DNA of 62,984 bases, counting the filler, from a bacterium (GTDB lineage: Bacteria; JALSQH01): assembly GCA_026985515.1 (NCBI GenBank). It is 6 parts of 6 records of this genome, joined end to end, with 100 filler letters (N's around TTAATTAATTAA, not from the genome) between each part and the next. Parts side by side here need not be neighbours in the genome. Positions count along the whole stretch, not along the records: positions 58,611 to 62,984 come from JALSQH010000068.1; 5 more parts are not named here. One strand, given 5' to 3'. The notes under the pieces were generated by a model, which had not been told where the DNA came from, did not search any database, and saw nothing but the letters and a program-made list of their open reading frames with translations. Of this stretch, positions 59,980 to 62,984 are shown in pieces. Position numbers and translations under genes: made by a program. Numbering within the stretch: the first letter of the stretch is position 1; every line of letters begins with the position of its first letter.

Positions 59980-60599
59980 TTTACAATCTTCTCTATTATC
60001 TGCACAGAGTAGTCTTCAAGTTCTCTGGAAAATCTTTTCACCTTTGAATTTAAGAAGTTAAGCATCAGAAGTGCCACAATTGCAGCAGTCAATCCTGCAA
60101 ATGTTGTGAGCAGGGCTTCAGAAATACCACCTGCCAGTTTCTCCGGGTTGCCAATAGCCTGATGACTTATGGCAGCGAAGACCTTAATCATTCCAGAAAC
60201 AGTTCCGAGCAAACCCAGCAGGGGAGAAATGCTGACAGTCAGAGATATAAAACCGAGACCCCTTTCAAGATTTTCCCTCTCTTTCCTGCCAGAACTTTCA
60301 ACCATCTCCTTCAGGACATCAAGAGATTTTTTCCTGTTGGTGATTATTACTGAGATAATTCTTTCAAAGGCGCTTTTCTCCGGTTTTAAAATCTTTTCAA
60401 GTTCCTCCCACTTTTCTTCCTCTATAAGTGGCAATATTCTGTCGGCTAAATCAGGGGGAATTATCCTCTTCCTTCTCAGAAACCAGAGTCTCTCAAAAAA
60501 GATGGCAGTTGATATGAGGGAAAAGAGGTAGATAATGGGCATTATCCACCCGCCCTCAGATGCGTAAGGGATATACTTCAGGATTTCCGAGACATGCAT
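59976..60599 (-). CDS. exbB: MotA/TolQ/ExbB proton channel protein
   Basis: GG..M, ER, SPLLGLLGTVSGMI..F, LAGGISEALLTT..GL. Confidence 0.9.
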   Translation of the reverse strand: MHVSEILKYIPYASEGGWIMPIIYLFSLISTAIFFERLWFLRRKRIIPPDLADRILPLIEEEKWEELEKILKPEKSAFERIISVIITNRKKSLDVLKEMVESSGRKERENLERGLGFISLTVSISPLLGLLGTVSGMIKVFAAISHQAIGNPEKLAGGISEALLTTFAGLTAAIVALLMLNFLNSKVKRFSRELEDYSVQIIEKIVK

Positions 60600-60787
60600 A
60601 AGTTTATTATATCAGAAAAATCATTCTTCACTATAAAATTCACATTTTTCCACCTCTGCCACTCTTTAATTGATACTGACAGGGTCAGGAAACAATAAGT
60701 AAGAAGCATTATCCACCTATCCTGTGAAGCTTTAAAAATCTATCGCAGAATTTTTGAAATCCTGGAAAAGTCTTCTATGTCGGGGAA

Positions 60788-62278
60788 TTACTCCCCTTCA
60801 TAAAACTCCTCACGACACCTTGCAATGTTGATTTTTCCCCGGATCCGTGAAAGATTCATAGGATCAGTTTTTGCTATTGAATCAATATCAATCAGGGGAA
60901 TCTGCAGTCCGAGTATCTGATTAATCCTCTCAATAAACATATTCGCTATTAAAGCGTAGCCTGTTCTTGTTGGATGAATACCATCAAGACTGATCAGACC
61001 TCCGAGATATGAAAAAGTGTAAATTTTTCCATCAATAGTTACTCCTTTTGCATACATTTCAACAGTAGAGGAGAAGGGAACTGCATACACATTGGGGTAA
61101 CTGGAAACGAGGGAGTAGAAGATACTGTTGTATTTTCTCACATCTTCCCGCAGGCCATTGTAGAGAGAGTTAATACTTTCCTCAGAAAAACCAATTTCCT
61201 TCAGATATGTTCCCAGTACCTCTATGGCGGGTAACTGTGTTATGTCGGGAAGATCAGCGATAAAGATTTTCTTACCATGATCTGAGGCTATCTTAAAAAA
61301 TTTGTTCAGAATCTTTTTAAATGTCTCTGGAGTGGTTATTCCTGGTGAAAGGGGAATGTTGAATAACTGTGCAAAGTGCCAGTAGAGAATATCATCTGCG
61401 AAAAGATCAACGGTGAGGATATATTCTGTGTTTCTCCTCAGAGCAACTTCAAAAGGGGAACCTTCCGGTGGATCTGAAAATGATTCCCATATGTCAACAA
61501 AAGGGTCGTAGGTGAGATGTTCGAAAATCCCGATAAGAGCGTTGTTGCTTTTAGCGGCTCCATAGATGGAATCGGAGATCCTTGCAGCACCGATTCCCAG
61601 GTTAAACACTTTTAAGTAGGGGTCAATGCGTGCTTGGGAAAGGGGAAAGTTCCCATCCTTTTTCAATTTTGATACTGATTTCAACAAATTCACAACATAA
61701 CTTTTTGCAAGATCAGGTGGTCTGCACCCATTCTCCCTGAGATCTTTTAGAGTGATTGCGGTGAAAAATCCATCTTTTATCAGAGGTTGAGGGAAATATG
61801 CACCTGCCTGTCTTGCCACCTGGGCAAAGGGGGAGAATAGCTGATCCTCCTTGTCAAGGCCGAGATTTATGAATCCTGCAGTGTAACTTGCTCCTATAGA
61901 TGTAAAGGATCTGAATAAGGGATATGGAGAAAAGAACTTTACTGCTCTTTTAAGTACAATTTTTTCTTCACCATTTTCTATTATTAAATTCTGCCAGCCC
62001 TCTTCAGGGCATCCCGGTACATTTCCAGTGAAACCGCTTTCCGTTACTCTGACATCGTAGAGAGGATGACCGCAGATGTATGCCCTTATGCCTTCAGACA
62101 GGGGGAAATTTTTAACGCTAACCTGGATTCTCTCATTTCCGAAGAGAGTGACCTTATCGGGAGAAACTTTAAAAGTTAATGGGGGTCGGGGAGAAGATGA
62201 ACCGCAACTGGCGAGAAAAATAGTAAAAAGCAGAGTGAGGAAGATTAACCTATTTTTCATGGATAACCTTTTCCACAA
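60788..62278 (-). CDS. SGNH/GDSL-like hydrolase lipoprotein with N-terminal Ig-like (IPT-like) domain
   Basis: LASC lipobox; GASYTAG block I, NLGIG.A block II, DGIHP..GYAL.AN block V. Confidence 0.8.
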   Translation of the reverse strand: MWKRLSMKNRLIFLTLLFTIFLASCGSSSPRPPLTFKVSPDKVTLFGNERIQVSVKNFPLSEGIRAYICGHPLYDVRVTESGFTGNVPGCPEEGWQNLIIENGEEKIVLKRAVKFFSPYPLFRSFTSIGASYTAGFINLGLDKEDQLFSPFAQVARQAGAYFPQPLIKDGFFTAITLKDLRENGCRPPDLAKSYVVNLLKSVSKLKKDGNFPLSQARIDPYLKVFNLGIGAARISDSIYGAAKSNNALIGIFEHLTYDPFVDIWESFSDPPEGSPFEVALRRNTEYILTVDLFADDILYWHFAQLFNIPLSPGITTPETFKKILNKFFKIASDHGKKIFIADLPDITQLPAIEVLGTYLKEIGFSEESINSLYNGLREDVRKYNSIFYSLVSSYPNVYAVPFSSTVEMYAKGVTIDGKIYTFSYLGGLISLDGIHPTRTGYALIANMFIERINQILGLQIPLIDIDSIAKTDPMNLSRIRGKINIARCREEFYEGE

Positions 62279-62618
62279 TCAGAGTCCATCCACTTTTTAA
62301 AAGTTTAACTTTTCCTTTAACGGTTACCTTTCCAGAGAATTTTGGGGAGACTGGTATGAGAATGTAGTATCTTCCGTCGGTGAAGGTGCCGTAATTTCTG
62401 TTTAAACCCACAAAACCAGGTGCAAGGGGGAGATCCTTCCTGACTTCCTTTGGCCTCTTTGCCATCCATCCCCAGCCCCAACCCTTCAGTGTAATTTCCC
62501 TACCAGCGAATCTCCCGGGGGCACGGGAAATTTCAGAAAGATCGGGTGAGGTGGTAAAAGTGTTATGATAGGTGCAGGAAAGGGGAAGGAGGAAGAGAGG
62601 TATCAAAAGGTATCTCAT
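62250..62618 (-). CDS. Small hypothetical lipoprotein, possibly OB-fold-like
   Basis: PLSC lipobox; P..F.GREITLKG...GKVTVKGKV pattern. Confidence 0.65.
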   Translation of the reverse strand: MRYLLIPLFLLPLSCTYHNTFTTSPDLSEISRAPGRFAGREITLKGWGWGWMAKRPKEVRKDLPLAPGFVGLNRNYGTFTDGRYYILIPVSPKFSGKVTVKGKVKLLKSGWTLIVEKVIHEK

Positions 62619-62755
62619 AGAAGATTATTATTGGAGGAGGGAAGATTTTTGCAAATGCGGGTCTGTGGAGGGGTGTATTTTTATCATCTTTGGAGATCTC
62701 CGGAGAAAAGTGGGAAATTACTCACCGTCGGGTGTGTTCACTTCCCCCCTTTTCC

Positions 62756-62941
62756 GACCTTCTGTCCCTCCGTTAAGTGTGACTCCGTGGCAGTGAGTTC
62801 ATTTGCATAAACCGCTTTCACAGCCGACCCGATGGGAGGCTCCGCAAAAAGGTGTGCCTTCCTCTGCGGGTATTCCATGATTGCTCCGCCTTTATCCCAT
62901 CGTGTCTGTCTCCGTCACAAACCACTCCGGGACAGAAGGTC
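62756..62941. repeat. Structured non-coding element bounded by a perfect 13-bp inverted repeat (candidate ncRNA or MITE-like repeat)
   Basis: GACCTTCTGTCCC (62756-62768) / GGGACAGAAGGTC (62929-62941); nested CGATGGGA/TCCCATCG and CCGCA/TGCGG stems. Confidence 0.55.
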
Positions 62942-62984
62942 TCCACCCGCCCTGCAAGGTTTATTCACTTTTCCCTCTTTCCGA

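Noticed and set aside
62565..62810. Short + strand ORFs near the window end
   Set aside because: No SD or recognisable motifs; they overlap the lipoprotein gene antisense and the structured element
62737..62984. CRISPR array, tRNA or T-box interpretation of the terminal repeats
   Set aside because: A 227-bp period is far too long for CRISPR; no cloverleaf or complete T-box consensus was found

Overview
The window is a concatenation of six assembly fragments joined by 100-nt N gaps that carry a TTAATTAATTAA linker (17313-17412, 34565-34664, 51784-51883, 55796-55895, 58511-58610). Adjacency across those gaps is not biological. The DNA is gene-dense, AT-rich and bacterial, from a diderm with deltaproteobacterial/Myxococcota-like gene content (inference). 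Housekeeping content: anmK, a PBP1A, ftsH-folP-cdaA-cdaR-(insert)-glmM, nagZ, speD-speE, lon, trmL, plsB-like, coaBC, purB/C/S/Q-xseB-rnhA, pycAB, exbBD-rnr. Most interesting items: (1) a 21-codon leader ORF with a perfect SD whose stop overlaps an in-frame GTG of speD, a candidate polyamine-sensing leader peptide; (2) an envelope-spanning signalling cluster of RCC1, FHA-TM, Ser/Thr kinase-PEGA, lipoprotein, PEGA-like protein and a giant FN3 lipoprotein; (3) a lipoprotein plus two paralogous outer-membrane beta-barrels, divergent from an O-ligase/TPR gene; (4) a highly structured ~186-nt non-coding element at the window end that seems to recur at a 227-bp period; (5) a rifampin-phosphotransferase-architecture enzyme coupled to nagZ; (6) several apparently leaderless genes. 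No rRNA, tRNA, CRISPR array or transposase was recognised.
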